64,000 bases of DNA, from the IMG/VR virus record IMGVR_UViG_3300019458_000020, positions 186,814-250,813 of that record; one strand, written 5' to 3'. Positions 25,436 through 35,474 of the stretch are shown here, one piece after another. Numbering within the stretch: the first letter of the stretch is position 1; each line of letters begins with the position of its first letter. The notes under the pieces are model-generated. The model had not been told where the DNA came from. It saw only the letters and a list, made by a program, of their open reading frames with translations, and made no database searches. Position numbers and translations under genes: made by a program.

Positions 25436-25711
25436 AGTATTGGTCTTCCAGCCGTGGACATTGTGACAAGTATGGATGTCCCGAAGAACCTGATACTTCA
25501 GCCGAAATCGAAATCCAATCTTCTAAGAACAAGGAAACGGGTGAAGATGTGGAATTGACCGAATCCGAACAAGATGAAGTCATTCAAAAGGGATTTGAAC
25601 AAATTTGGTGATATGGAAGCCGATTATCCCGAACCTGACTTTTGTTCTCCTAAAGGGGAAACATGGAAATAATTTGTTGACAGTCTTGACCTTTAAGATT
25701 AAAATAACATC

Positions 25712-25927
25712 ATGAACCGAATTAAGATTCTCGTCTTAAACAAGAAAGCGGAAGTGTTCAATTCTTTTGTTGACATTGATGCTGCCGTTGGTTTTCTTCT
25801 CCGAACAGGATACCTCAATAACAAAACCGTCATTCTTCAACGTGGCGACAAAGCCCGTGTGTTTGAAACCATTACGGATGTCTTGGACCTTCAAAAGCAG
25901 TTAAGGGAACTTTCTACTACTCTGTGA
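25712..25927 (+). CDS. hypothetical protein
   Basis: ATG 6 nt after the -10 box. Confidence 0.7.
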   Translation: MNRIKILVLNKKAEVFNSFVDIDAAVGFLLRTGYLNNKTVILQRGDKARVFETITDVLDLQKQLRELSTTL

Positions 25928-26095
25928 AAGGTTTATTGATACTTCTGTCATTGATTATTGTCCCAATAGGCATTATCTTTTCATTGAATGAACTTTTTGC
26001 AGAAAGTCTTTTCACTGACCCAATTCCATACAATTTTTACACATGATTTGCAATCATGTTTATTGGTGTAGTTGTTAGATTGTTAATAACACCGG

Positions 26096-26569
26096 TTGTT
26101 ATTAATAGTCAACTCATTATTCCACCATATCCAGAAGAAAAGAAAGATGAGTTACCGAAAACAGAAACTTAGACTTTTTAATCTAAACCCGAATTGTTAT
26201 TGGTGTGGATGCCTCACGATAAATACCAACGAACAATCAATAAAGGGAAGGCCAAATCCAAAGATGGCCACGATTGATCATCTTATCTCAAGATATGACC
26301 CCAGACGTTGGCTTCGCACACCAACTAATGAACAAAAAAAAGTCTTGGCATGTTTTGAGTGCAACCAACGGCGTCAAAGAGAAGAAACAGCAAATTTATC
26401 TAAAACAGAAAAATTGGCCCGTTCTCTTGGTATTGTCTTCAAACCAAAAAATAATCTTCCAACAACATTAGAAAAACTCAAAGAGCTTTATGCCGAACAA
26501 GGGTTTGAACTGGATATAAATAATGGACAACCAAAAGCCATTATAGTAATGTCTATTGATGAAATGTAA
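26096..26569 (+). CDS. HNH endonuclease
   Basis: CYWCGC..ATIDHLISR..LACFECNQRR; start probably near 26147. Confidence 0.8.
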   Translation: MLLIVNSLFHHIQKKRKMSYRKQKLRLFNLNPNCYWCGCLTINTNEQSIKGRPNPKMATIDHLISRYDPRRWLRTPTNEQKKVLACFECNQRRQREETANLSKTEKLARSLGIVFKPKNNLPTTLEKLKELYAEQGFELDINNGQPKAIIVMSIDEM

Positions 26570-27135
26570 AGAAGGTCAGAGATTTGGAAAATTAATTGTT
26601 ATTAAATACGATTGTAAGAAAAAATCGTATCAAAGAAAATTTCCAAAAGAAGGTTGGAAACCTGTTTGGTGTTATAGTCATTACTGGCAATGTAGATGTG
26701 ATTGCGGAAAAGAAAAGTCTATTAGACAAAATCATCTTACTCAAAAAATAGTAAAATCTTGTGGTTGTATAAAAAGAGGCAAAAATAGTATTCACTGGCA
26801 AGGATGTGGAGATATTTCAGGATATACATTTTGTCAAATCAAATCCAAAGCAAAAGAATATAAAAATGAAATTATCTCTACAACAATTGTGGAGATTATT
26901 TCTAAAACAAGAAAGAAAATGTGCATTAACTGATTTATTACTAACTTTTGAAAAACAAAAACGGGGAGAAAAAACTGCCTCACTAGATAGAATAGATTCA
27001 TCCAAAGGGTATGTTAATGGAAATGTTCAATGGGTTCATAAGGATATAAACTGGATGAAAAATCGTTTTTCCCAAGAAAGATTTATAGAAATGTGCAAAC
27101 TCGTAGCTAAAAAATATGGAAAATCATTATCTTAA
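26556..27135 (+). pseudogene. HNH-type homing endonuclease split by a frameshift near 26850
   Basis: N-half WQCRCDCG..SCGC and C-half CALT..ASLDRIDSSKGY..NVQWV lie in different frames. Confidence 0.75.
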
Positions 27136-27475
27136 TTCAGGAGACTTAGTTAAACAAGACCCCGCCGTTATACCTATTCAAGTCGATATGATGAATATGA
27201 ACGGTTTTGCAGCAGTGAAACGTGATGGTTCTTGGACACTTTATGAAATGGAAAAATGGCCGGAGGTAAAAGTTTGGCTCCAAAACTTTCAATCCGATTT
27301 CAGTCAACAATATATTCTAATGTTGGTTTTCAAAGCCGGCATATTGAGTGGCCGTGTTACTCAATGTAATGAACAAAGGATTGCTATGGGATTAGATGTC
27401 ATGGTTGATGAAGATGTTGAAAGGTTGGCATCGTTTCAAGATCCTTGGATGGCCGTTAATCATCCTCGTCATTAA
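27116..27475 (+). CDS. hypothetical protein
   Basis: 119-aa ORF in operon. Confidence 0.6.
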   Translation: MENHYLNSGDLVKQDPAVIPIQVDMMNMNGFAAVKRDGSWTLYEMEKWPEVKVWLQNFQSDFSQQYILMLVFKAGILSGRVTQCNEQRIAMGLDVMVDEDVERLASFQDPWMAVNHPRH

Positions 27476-27710
27476 ATATGATTATCGACATAATAAATAC
27501 CCTTTCTGTCAATAAGTCGAACTTGACATAGAATTCGTTCTTGACTTTTCTTGGTGAATTTGTTATAGTATTGGAGTGGATGAGGCCGACCGAAAGGCGC
27601 CAAGAGTAGGGTACCTGGGAGACGATAAAAACTTTAACGATACCGTAAATACTTTCAAAAAATCTCCGTAATTTGTTTGACAAATAGGTTGAACTGGGTT
27701 AATATTCCCC

Positions 27711-28037
27711 ATGAAGAAAAAAGACATCAAAGCGTTGTTCAAAATGAAACTTGGAACGGATGCTAATTGGGCCGTCAAAGGAATGTTGAAGATTTACGAA
27801 TTCCAAACCACATCGGAAAAGGCCGTTCAAACCACAACGGACCACAATGACGTTGGTTTTTCTGGTTGTGATGCTGAAATTCTCAGTTCTTTCAGCGAAC
27901 AGGTTTTGAAGGGCCGTAATCTGAGTGAAAAACAAATGGCCATTGTGTTCAAGAAAATGCCGAAGTATTGGCAACAGCTTGTCAAACTGTCGGATATGGC
28001 GAAAGTTGAAGCTGCCGGTGCTAAGATGGCGGCATGA
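27711..28037 (+). CDS. hypothetical protein
   Basis: Own promoter; HNDVGFSGCDAEILSSF..LSEKQ. Confidence 0.8.
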   Translation: MKKKDIKALFKMKLGTDANWAVKGMLKIYEFQTTSEKAVQTTTDHNDVGFSGCDAEILSSFSEQVLKGRNLSEKQMAIVFKKMPKYWQQLVKLSDMAKVEAAGAKMAA

Positions 28038-28303
28038 ATCGGTTCACTTACAAAAATAACGGGGGAAAGTCATTGGATGGCTTCCCCTATGTCATTGAGT
28101 CTGATAACATTCTGAAGTCAGACACAATATTTAAGGAGAAAAGTGGATTCGATGTTGTAAAGTGTCCCTGGATAGGATGTTCCATAGAATTTAACATCTC
28201 AAATGATTATTTGACAAAATTGCTGAGTGTGATATTTTATATCCGAATTTACCAATCGGTAGCCGATGATATACGGAACCTGTTGGTGGCAAAGAAAAAG
28301 TAA
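28034..28303 (+). CDS. hypothetical protein
   Basis: ATGA overlap. Confidence 0.55.
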   Translation: MNRFTYKNNGGKSLDGFPYVIESDNILKSDTIFKEKSGFDVVKCPWIGCSIEFNISNDYLTKLLSVIFYIRIYQSVADDIRNLLVAKKK

Positions 28304-28541
28304 ACATCAAAAATAAAAAACATGAACACAAAACAAGCACTCCGTTGGCTCCACCGCAACTGCGGCCTCAAGTTGAATGGCACGTATCATGTCACCCGTA
28401 TGGGTGAAACCGTCAGTAATCGTAATTGGAACACGTTCCGCAAGGAATTTCTGGCACTGGTTGCTCGTGTGGGCTAAATCCCACAAAAAGGACAAGTATG
28501 TCCCTTGACATCTCCTTTTTTTCAAGTAAACTCTCGTCAAC

Positions 28542-28733
28542 ATGAAACTTATTGATTCTGTAAGTCCCGGTGACAGAGTAACAATCATCACCCGTCATGG
28601 TTCAAAGTTGTCAGGTAGGGCAGTGATGCCATCTTCTCATGGTGGCTGGGTTTTGAATGGAGGCGGACGACATGGGACACCAATGTTGGCCGATGACACA
28701 AACACCATCAAAGTAAGCAAGAAAAGAAAGTAA
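28542..28733 (+). CDS. hypothetical protein
   Basis: Own promoter. Confidence 0.7.
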   Translation: MKLIDSVSPGDRVTIITRHGSKLSGRAVMPSSHGGWVLNGGGRHGTPMLADDTNTIKVSKKRK

Positions 28734-28734
28734 T

Positions 28735-29082
28735 ATGACACTCAAAGACAAGCCAGTTCCGTTCAAAGAAATCAACCTAAAGGATTTGGAAGGCGAATGG
28801 GTAGGATCTTACCGGGGCCACTTCGAACAAGTCATTAAGTTCCACATTCAGCCGGATGGGTGGCTGATAGCCACCAAGATTACGGGAGATGAACACGTTC
28901 CGGGTGGGGAAATTACTTTCAAAGCAGATTTGAATCGCAATGGCATGGGCGTAGGCCAAGTTGCTGAAAAAGAATTTCGCAATAACACTTGGGTAATCGG
29001 TCAACTCATTGTTGAAGACAAGGAACATGTCATTTTTACATGGGCCGGATGTGGTTCGGTTAGATTCCGAAAAGATGGCTGA
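28735..29082 (+). CDS. DUF3506 (Cyclin_D1_bind/EXECUTER C-terminal)-like domain protein
   Basis: GEWVGSYRGHFEQVI..LIATKITGDEHVPGGEITFKA resembles the family's ATKITGDPNVPAG motif (recall only). Confidence 0.55.
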   Translation: MTLKDKPVPFKEINLKDLEGEWVGSYRGHFEQVIKFHIQPDGWLIATKITGDEHVPGGEITFKADLNRNGMGVGQVAEKEFRNNTWVIGQLIVEDKEHVIFTWAGCGSVRFRKDG

Positions 29083-29126
29083 TTTCCCTTGACATAAACA
29101 AAAAAACTGATTACTTTCACCAAAAT

Positions 29127-29357
29127 ATGAATTTAACTCCTACAATCAATCTGTATATCTCGCCTCGGGATATTGAAGCCATTTCCTCGGGCCAACCGGT
29201 CCAAGCTCGTAATAGCCGAATGGATAATATGGGCAATGACATTGCCCATTTGGTTCAGGTTTCGTTTCCAATCACGGCATACGAAATCATTCCGAGCGTC
29301 CAGAACCTCGGTCTGTTCACCGTCACTCGTATTCGTGAATCCGGCCAATTTTCTTAA
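29127..29357 (+). CDS. hypothetical protein
   Basis: Own promoter. Confidence 0.6.
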   Translation: MNLTPTINLYISPRDIEAISSGQPVQARNSRMDNMGNDIAHLVQVSFPITAYEIIPSVQNLGLFTVTRIRESGQFS

Positions 29358-29361
29358 TAAA

Positions 29362-29943
29362 ATGATTATCGTTGGCGACATTCACGGCCGATACAGAAAG
29401 CTTAATGATATCGCCCGTAAGCACAAAGACCAAACCATTGTCCAGATTGGTGACTTTGGTTTCGGCTTTGGAGAAATGTTTGATCTTGACGGAAGCTTAA
29501 TCGAAAAAAACATTCGATTCTTTCGTGGTAATCATGACAATCCAGAACTGTGTAACAAGCATCCTCAATCACTCGGCGACTATGGAGTGTTTGAAGGAAT
29601 GTTCTTTGTTGCAGGAGCAGATTCAATCGACAAGGATTTGAGAATTGAAGGATTGACATGGTGGCGTAATGAAGAATTGACGATGCAGCAATTCAATGAC
29701 GCCATCGACCAGTATAGTCATGTGAAACCAGAAATCGTTTTATCACATGATTGCCCACAACAAATTTGTACAGACTTCTTCGGTATTCCCGAATCAAGTA
29801 GAACGCGGCAGGGATTACAAGCCATGTTGGAGATCCATCGTCCCAGAGTTTGGATTTTTGGACATCATCATCGGCATTTTGCAAAAAATGTAGATGGATG
29901 TACATTCCGTTGTCTTCCAGAACTACAAGCATATCAATTATGA
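29362..29943 (+). CDS. calcineurin-like metallophosphoesterase
   Basis: GDIHG, GDFG, GNHD, SHDCP, GHHH motifs; true ATG at 29362. Confidence 0.92.
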   Translation: MIIVGDIHGRYRKLNDIARKHKDQTIVQIGDFGFGFGEMFDLDGSLIEKNIRFFRGNHDNPELCNKHPQSLGDYGVFEGMFFVAGADSIDKDLRIEGLTWWRNEELTMQQFNDAIDQYSHVKPEIVLSHDCPQQICTDFFGIPESSRTRQGLQAMLEIHRPRVWIFGHHHRHFAKNVDGCTFRCLPELQAYQL

Positions 29944-30209
29944 TTAAAATCCACATTCATCTAACAATCAGGGAAGGGCACATTCGAGGCGATGAAATTC
30001 GCAAGGATGGAACCAAGGGCAAAAATGTTTACTACTACATTGAAGATGGATTCCCGACTGTCTTGGCGGGATTCTCGGCTGCTGTGGATAGAATCATGTT
30101 TGATGAAGCGGAATGTGAAATCACATTCACAACAGACCAATCATATCAGAATGAGCTTAATACTGTCTTGGATGCAGTCAGAAGCGGAAAGGTTTTGATT
30201 ACACTATGA
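29940..30209 (+). CDS. hypothetical protein
   Basis: ATGA overlap. Confidence 0.6.
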   Translation: MIKIHIHLTIREGHIRGDEIRKDGTKGKNVYYYIEDGFPTVLAGFSAAVDRIMFDEAECEITFTTDQSYQNELNTVLDAVRSGKVLITL

Positions 30210-30389
30210 TAAGACTGATACAATTCGTCTCGGCCGTTACAGGCTGCATATTCATTGGCGTAGCCATGAACAGCTGGTTAATTGGTATTGGCATCGGATT
30301 GGTTTGGCTCACACTGCCGCCTTTCAATCCTGACCAAGACTAAGATTATCACTTGACAATTCTTTTAAGTATTGTATTCTATCGTCACC

Positions 30390-30926
30390 ATGACGATACC
30401 GAACGACATTGTTAAGAGAGTGGAAGACAAGATTCTTGACACTCTTTTACTTCTTCAAAAGCGATACCCGAACGCCAATTTGGAAATCCCGAAGTGGCAA
30501 TGGACAAAGATGGGAAGAACAGCCGGACGTGCTCACTACGGCCTTGGTTTGGTTGAATTGAATCCCGACTTCATCACTAATCATTTGGAAGAACTTATCA
30601 ATCAAACCCTTCCACACGAAATTGCCCACCTAGCATCATTCAAAATCTACGGCATTCTTGGAAAAGGACACGGCAGATTTTGGAAATCTGTGATGTATGC
30701 TCTTGCCCCTCTTGGTGTTCAAGTGAAACGGTGCCATGATTACAGTTTGGATGGTGTAACTACTCGGGTTCGCCCTCGGCCTTACGAATACGTCTGTGGT
30801 TGTAAAGATAAGACTATCAAGGTAACATCTAACATTCACAACAAGATCCAACGTGGCCAAAAACGTTTCTGTATTCGTTGTAAAGTCACCATTAAGTTAA
30901 AGTCTCTTGTTCAACAGGCCGCTTAA
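30390..30926 (+). CDS. sprT: SprT-like zinc metalloprotease
   Basis: TAGRA..LNP..TLPHEIAHL..HG..WKSVM..YVCGC..CIRC. Confidence 0.9.
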   Translation: MTIPNDIVKRVEDKILDTLLLLQKRYPNANLEIPKWQWTKMGRTAGRAHYGLGLVELNPDFITNHLEELINQTLPHEIAHLASFKIYGILGKGHGRFWKSVMYALAPLGVQVKRCHDYSLDGVTTRVRPRPYEYVCGCKDKTIKVTSNIHNKIQRGQKRFCIRCKVTIKLKSLVQQAA

Positions 30927-30978
30927 ATTTTCGCAGTAGGCATCTTGACAACCAAAACAAAAACAGTATAATATCACC

Positions 30979-31215
30979 ATGAAATACAATAATAACACTA
31001 CGGCCACAGCTACCGGTAACAGTTCCAAACGAAAGATTGGTGGTTACAACAGCTCGATTCTTCGGGCCAAACGTAATCAGAAGCGACATGAAGCCGAGGC
31101 ACGAAACCAAGCGTGGTCCGATTTGACTCCAAAGCAACAACTGGCCAGTCTCGCCGGCCGCAGGGGTGAATCCAAACGTCAAGTGGCACGCATTCAAGCA
31201 GCCAACAAGAGTTAA
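30979..31215 (+). CDS. hypothetical basic protein
   Basis: ATG 6 nt after TATAAT; terminator-like hairpin near 31250. Confidence 0.75.
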   Translation: MKYNNNTTATATGNSSKRKIGGYNSSILRAKRNQKRHEAEARNQAWSDLTPKQQLASLAGRRGESKRQVARIQAANKS

Positions 31216-31466
31216 GTTTTCCGGCATGGATGGATACGATGGATAAAGGAGAACCCGGTTCTTCCCCACGTTCAAAGGCCACCAAACAAAGTCAAGTGTC
31301 GAAAGATGCTTGACTTTTTTATTTTATGTCGTAAGTTCACGTCAACAGGTGTCAAACCGAGGATAGGGGACCGGAGGATCTCAAAATCACTTTAACGTTA
31401 ATCCCTAACCACAACAATTCTATAAAAAAGATTTGACAGACTGATTTACTTTGATATATTCCTACC

Positions 31467-32099
31467 ATGAATAAAAAGTCAACTACAGTTACAATTCAAG
31501 ACAGAAACGAAATGGTTGGATTCATCCGTTCACTCGGGACTGAATGCCGGTTTGTTTCTATGGTGACGGAAACTCCTGTGAAGATGCGCAAGACTGGCAA
31601 TCCTTTTGCCTCCGGCGTTATCAAGGTGAGCCGCCGAAACGGTCTGATTAACGTCAACTATGTCGCTGCCGTTGAACGGAATCTGAAAGAAGCGAATGGT
31701 GGCACGCCGGTTGAATACACTGCCGGCGAAACGTGGTATGTTCATGCTACCACCGATGACGGCCGGGCGATTCCCTTGTGTGTTCACAAAAAGGATTCAA
31801 AGAAACACTATCTCCAATACTTTCCTCACCGCACCCTTGGCCGCAACGAATACTTTTTCAATGGTCAGAAAATGACCACTGAACAAGTCGCCACCATGAA
31901 GAAATTTGTTCAGGAAGACAATCGGGCTGAGTTTAAGCCTACCGTGATTACCCTTGGAATCGACTCCATTCGGGTTCTGAAAGCTCGTCGAGTGGAGATG
32001 AAGAATAAGCTCGTCAGCCGCATCACAAGTCGTCTGGCGCAGTTTAAGAACATTCTGGCGAACATTGACGGACCAACGAAACCGGCAGTTGTCGCTTGA
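31467..32099 (+). CDS. hypothetical protein
   Basis: ATG 6 nt after the -10 box. Confidence 0.8.
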   Translation: MNKKSTTVTIQDRNEMVGFIRSLGTECRFVSMVTETPVKMRKTGNPFASGVIKVSRRNGLINVNYVAAVERNLKEANGGTPVEYTAGETWYVHATTDDGRAIPLCVHKKDSKKHYLQYFPHRTLGRNEYFFNGQKMTTEQVATMKKFVQEDNRAEFKPTVITLGIDSIRVLKARRVEMKNKLVSRITSRLAQFKNILANIDGPTKPAVVA

Positions 32100-32132
32100 C
32101 AATAACCACAACATCCAGTAAAGTAAAAAACT

Positions 32133-32501
32133 ATGAAATACATGAAAAACATTGTACCTATTAATATGGGTGCCCGTGTCGAAGTTAGATTTGAATTTGA
32201 CCGAATTCTGTCCACCCGGCGGCTCTTCGCCAGTTGGGTCGGCGACCGTACGTTTAGTACGTTAAGTAACATTCCGGACAACGTGGCTGAACTTTTGACC
32301 GCCGTGGCCACTGTTCCTGGCGTCAATAACCATCGTGACGGGCAGACTCACGTCAGCGGCAACGAGCTTTCCGTTGAAGTGATTGCTATTGCCAATCGTC
32401 CCGTTCGGGAAATCGTCAAGACCATTCTGAAACGTGTTCAACGCCGGGTGGCAAAGGGTGAACGTCTTCAAATGGTTCGGCTACTACCTCGCAGCAAGTA
32501 A
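32133..32501 (+). CDS. hypothetical protein
   Basis: Own promoter; terminator at about 32543-32578. Confidence 0.7.
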   Translation: MKYMKNIVPINMGARVEVRFEFDRILSTRRLFASWVGDRTFSTLSNIPDNVAELLTAVATVPGVNNHRDGQTHVSGNELSVEVIAIANRPVREIVKTILKRVQRRVAKGERLQMVRLLPRSK

Positions 32502-32542
32502 ACTTTTCCTTCCAATTGGAAACGAAATGGGGATACCGTCCC

Positions 32543-32578
32543 AGCCCGTTGGAGAAATCCAACGGGTTTTTGTTTTTT
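32543..32578 (+). terminator. intrinsic terminator
   Basis: cccgttgga-gaaa-tccaacggg followed by a T-run. Confidence 0.8.
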
Positions 32579-32728
32579 CCATTTGACTTTTTTTAATTAA
32601 ATGTTAAACTTAATTAACAGCCGACGAGGCGAGGGTAGGGGACCAGTGGATCGACAAAAATTTTAACGTTAAAGTAAATAGTTAAAAAACTCTTTGACAA
32701 CTGATTTCTTTATGTTATTCTTTATGGC

Positions 32729-32887
32729 ATGAATGAATTTGAAGCTAACTTAGCCGCTGAGTCTGCCGCCGAATGGGCCGCAGAGGAAGCAATGGAAAGG
32801 GAAATGCTTGAACAGGGTGATTGTTGTTTGGACAACGAGCCGCCTGATTATCCCGACGGTTTCGATGATGGATACGGTGGCGAATAA
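32729..32887 (+). CDS. 52-aa very acidic protein (below the ORF-track cutoff)
   Basis: MNEFEANLAAESAAEWAAEEAMEREMLEQGDCCLDNEPPDYPDGFDDGYGGE; own promoter. Confidence 0.65.
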   Translation: MNEFEANLAAESAAEWAAEEAMEREMLEQGDCCLDNEPPDYPDGFDDGYGGE

Positions 32888-32935
32888 CTTCAAAAAACTC
32901 TTGACAATCAAACCCTAATACATTAAGGTTGTCGC

Positions 32936-33787
32936 ATGAATAAACTTATCTTTGGAAAAGGTAATGCCAAACTGGCCGAAAACATTCTAACCTTTTCCCT
33001 TCCGTCTGGTTATAGTTGTCCGGGTGCAAAGGATTGCCTTTCAAAGGCCAATAGAGAAACCGGAAAGATTACAGACGGTGCCGGTTGTCAATTCCGTTGT
33101 TTCTCAGCGAGTCAGGAGTGCATTTTCCGTAACGTTCGGGAATCCCGATGGAACAATTTTGAACTGCTTCGGAACGCAAAAACGGTGAACGGCATGAAAG
33201 CTATTATTCTTGAATCACTTCCGAAAACTCCCTTTCAGGTTGTCGTTCGGATTCATGTCGCTGGTGATTTTTTCAGCCAGACATACTTTGACGCATGGTT
33301 GGCAGTCGCTAAGGAAAACCCTAACTTTCTCCTTTACGCTTACACTAAATCCCTTCCCTACTGGGTGGCTCGTTTGAATGATATCCCTTCTAACTTCATT
33401 CTAACTTCTTCTTTTGGTGGTAAGTATGACGATATGATAACGCAACACAATTTGCGTTACGCAAAGGTTGTTTACTCTGAGGAGCAGGCACAAGCCTTGA
33501 ATCTGGAAATTGACCATGACGATAGCCACGCCTATAAGAATGGACCTTCTTTCGCTCTGTTACTTCATGGAACACAACCTAAAGGAACAGAGGCAAACGT
33601 TGCTCTTCGGGTGTTACGGAAGGCAGGCAAAGGTGGTTATTATTCTCCCTATAACATCGGAAAGAACAAAGCCAAAAAGGGATATGGCCGTCTGGCCAAG
33701 TCAAAAAAGAAAACCGCTGGGGGGAGTACCCCCGAAGCCGGCTCCATAGGGGGGAAGAGTGTTTCTGCTGAACAAATTGCTGCTTGA
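32936..33787 (+). CDS. phage Gp88-like protein
   Basis: TFSLPSGYSCPG..VRIHVAGDFFSQTY..YAYTKSL. Confidence 0.75.
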   Translation: MNKLIFGKGNAKLAENILTFSLPSGYSCPGAKDCLSKANRETGKITDGAGCQFRCFSASQECIFRNVRESRWNNFELLRNAKTVNGMKAIILESLPKTPFQVVVRIHVAGDFFSQTYFDAWLAVAKENPNFLLYAYTKSLPYWVARLNDIPSNFILTSSFGGKYDDMITQHNLRYAKVVYSEEQAQALNLEIDHDDSHAYKNGPSFALLLHGTQPKGTEANVALRVLRKAGKGGYYSPYNIGKNKAKKGYGRLAKSKKKTAGGSTPEAGSIGGKSVSAEQIAA

Positions 33788-33790
33788 TTT

Positions 33791-34009
33791 ATGAAATGGA
33801 CACGAAAGAAACCAACGAAACCCGGCCGCTACTGGTTCCGTGGCTGGGGCAAAACAAAGGTGGTTGTCATAGCCCATCATACCGATGCGGAGATTGACGC
33901 CTGGCGAGTTTGTGCCGTCGAATTCAATGAATACGGAACAGCGTTGAGCCTCTTTCCGGAAAATGAATGTGAGTGGTCCGACCGGGCCATTCCTGAACCA
34001 ACGGAGTAA
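33791..34009 (+). CDS. hypothetical protein (KPxKPGxxW family, paralog at 43329)
   Basis: KKPTKPGRYWF vs KPDKPGIWEWF. Confidence 0.65.
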   Translation: MKWTRKKPTKPGRYWFRGWGKTKVVVIAHHTDAEIDAWRVCAVEFNEYGTALSLFPENECEWSDRAIPEPTE

Positions 34010-34102
34010 CGCTGGGGGGTACCCCCCGAATAATCCATCCATACGGTAGGGATAGGACTTGACAGTAGAATCAATGTCTGTTACATTGTAAGTTGAAAAA
34101 TT

Positions 34103-34813
34103 ATGAATACAAAAAACAAAACAATTGCTATCGTCTTTGATAACTCCATATCGGCAGTGTCAAAAAATACGAAACCACTTCAATTGGCCCTGTTTGGGCT
34201 TGGTTACAAGTGGAATCGTTTCGACACTCAACCGGTTGTTATCAACTTCCCGGCAAAGCAGTGTGTGATTTACTTGAACACCAAAACCAAGAGCCTCTCT
34301 TGGGATAACGTTGTTCAAAGCAACGTCAAAGTTGTCGGCAACTACTCTTATACGAGCATCCGATTGACCGGCAACAATCTTTCGGAAGTCCTTAATTTCG
34401 TGGAACATCCGGTAAAACCCAAAATCGACGTGACAATTGAGGAATTGCATGATGATCGGTCAATTAAATTCATCGTCAACGCCGATGAAAAAACCGTAAA
34501 GGTCAATCTCACAAAACGTAACACCCTCAATCGGGAATCGGTTCATGACTTTCCTATTGCTGTTGAATTGTTAGACAAAGTTCAATCAGCTTTGGGCCGC
34601 AATTCTGTTTTGCCTGTTGTGAACTTCATTTATCCTTCCAGTTCAACGGGAAGGCCAGTGAATCGCCGGGTTCGTGTTACATTCTTCAATGACGCATACA
34701 TTCGTGGTTATGAACTTGAAGATGAAAATGATGACAAGGGCACATTCAAAGCCTTCCAAACAAAGAAAATAAACGGATCTGTTCTGTTGGTTTCCTTCCA
34801 TTCTGGTAAGTAA
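34103..34813 (+). CDS. hypothetical protein with C-terminal WYL-like domain
   Basis: VNFIYPSS..NRRVRV..YIRGYEL..FKAFQTKKI. Confidence 0.55.
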   Translation: MNTKNKTIAIVFDNSISAVSKNTKPLQLALFGLGYKWNRFDTQPVVINFPAKQCVIYLNTKTKSLSWDNVVQSNVKVVGNYSYTSIRLTGNNLSEVLNFVEHPVKPKIDVTIEELHDDRSIKFIVNADEKTVKVNLTKRNTLNRESVHDFPIAVELLDKVQSALGRNSVLPVVNFIYPSSSTGRPVNRRVRVTFFNDAYIRGYELEDENDDKGTFKAFQTKKINGSVLLVSFHSGK

Positions 34814-34933
34814 TTTCGGTGTAGGTTCATGTTTCTCTAGCCCCTCCTGAGTGGGACGGGTGGTACTAAATTAATAGGGTGGGGGGTACCCTCCCCATAG
34901 GGGGCATTTAAAATAAAGGGAAAAGGAGAAATT

Positions 34934-35010
34934 TGGTAGTCCTAGTGGGAATCGAACCCGACATCTATAGGTTGAAAGCCTATTATCCTAAGCCATTGGA
35001 CGACAGGACC
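34934..35010 (-). tRNA. tRNA-Glu(UUC)
   Basis: ATAGG-CTTTCAA-CCTAT, GGTTCGATTCC, ACCA. Confidence 0.93.
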
Positions 35011-35021
35011 ATAAAAATTGT

Positions 35022-35096
35022 TGGAGCGGGTTGCAGGCAACGCTCACTGCACCTGACACTGGAAAGTGCCCATGATTCTCCTTTCACCAAACCCGC
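35022..35096 (-). tRNA. tRNA-Gly(UCC)-like, atypical
   Basis: GCGGGTT/AACCCGC, U73, CCA; anticodon loop appears 6 nt (TTTCCA); non-canonical T arm. Confidence 0.65.
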
Positions 35097-35139
35097 ACAC
35101 ATAACTATAGGACGGATCTATGAAAGTGTCAAAATAATT

Positions 35140-35226
35140 AAAACAGGCGGAAACTCTTTAGCGGGGTTTCTCTTATCCGTTTCCGTTAGGCGCCCACAGG
35201 CGCACAGTTATGACACTGCCTGTTTT
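35140..35226 (-). ncRNA. candidate structured RNA
   Basis: 9-bp closing stem AAAACAGGC/GCCTGTTTT with inner GGCGC and GAAAC/GTTTC stems. Confidence 0.45.
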
Positions 35227-35237
35227 GAAAAACCGAA

Positions 35238-35357
35238 TCTTAGCCGGAGGGTGCCCTCTCCATTGGTGATTACGATTCACCGGCCTCTGCAGAAGCCCTC
35301 AGGTATCCCCGAGCCGGACGTTTTACGCCGGACCTACGTTCTTTCTAATCGCTAAGA
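35238..35357 (-). ncRNA. candidate five-hairpin multibranch RNA
   Basis: TCTTAGC/GCTAAGA closing stem enclosing five consecutive hairpins; upstream TTGACA-16-TATAGT promoter. Confidence 0.55.
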
Positions 35358-35474
35358 CGTGTTAATAGTCATTCGACTCAATTACTGTCCAACTTCCATC
35401 AACAATGATACTATATCACACAGTATAAAAATGTCAAATCCAATTCTTTTAATTGAATTGATATATGTATCTCC

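Noticed and set aside
29173-29361. N-terminal extension of the metallophosphoesterase
   Set aside because: It overlaps ORF 29127-29357; the first catalytic motif begins right after ATG 29362.
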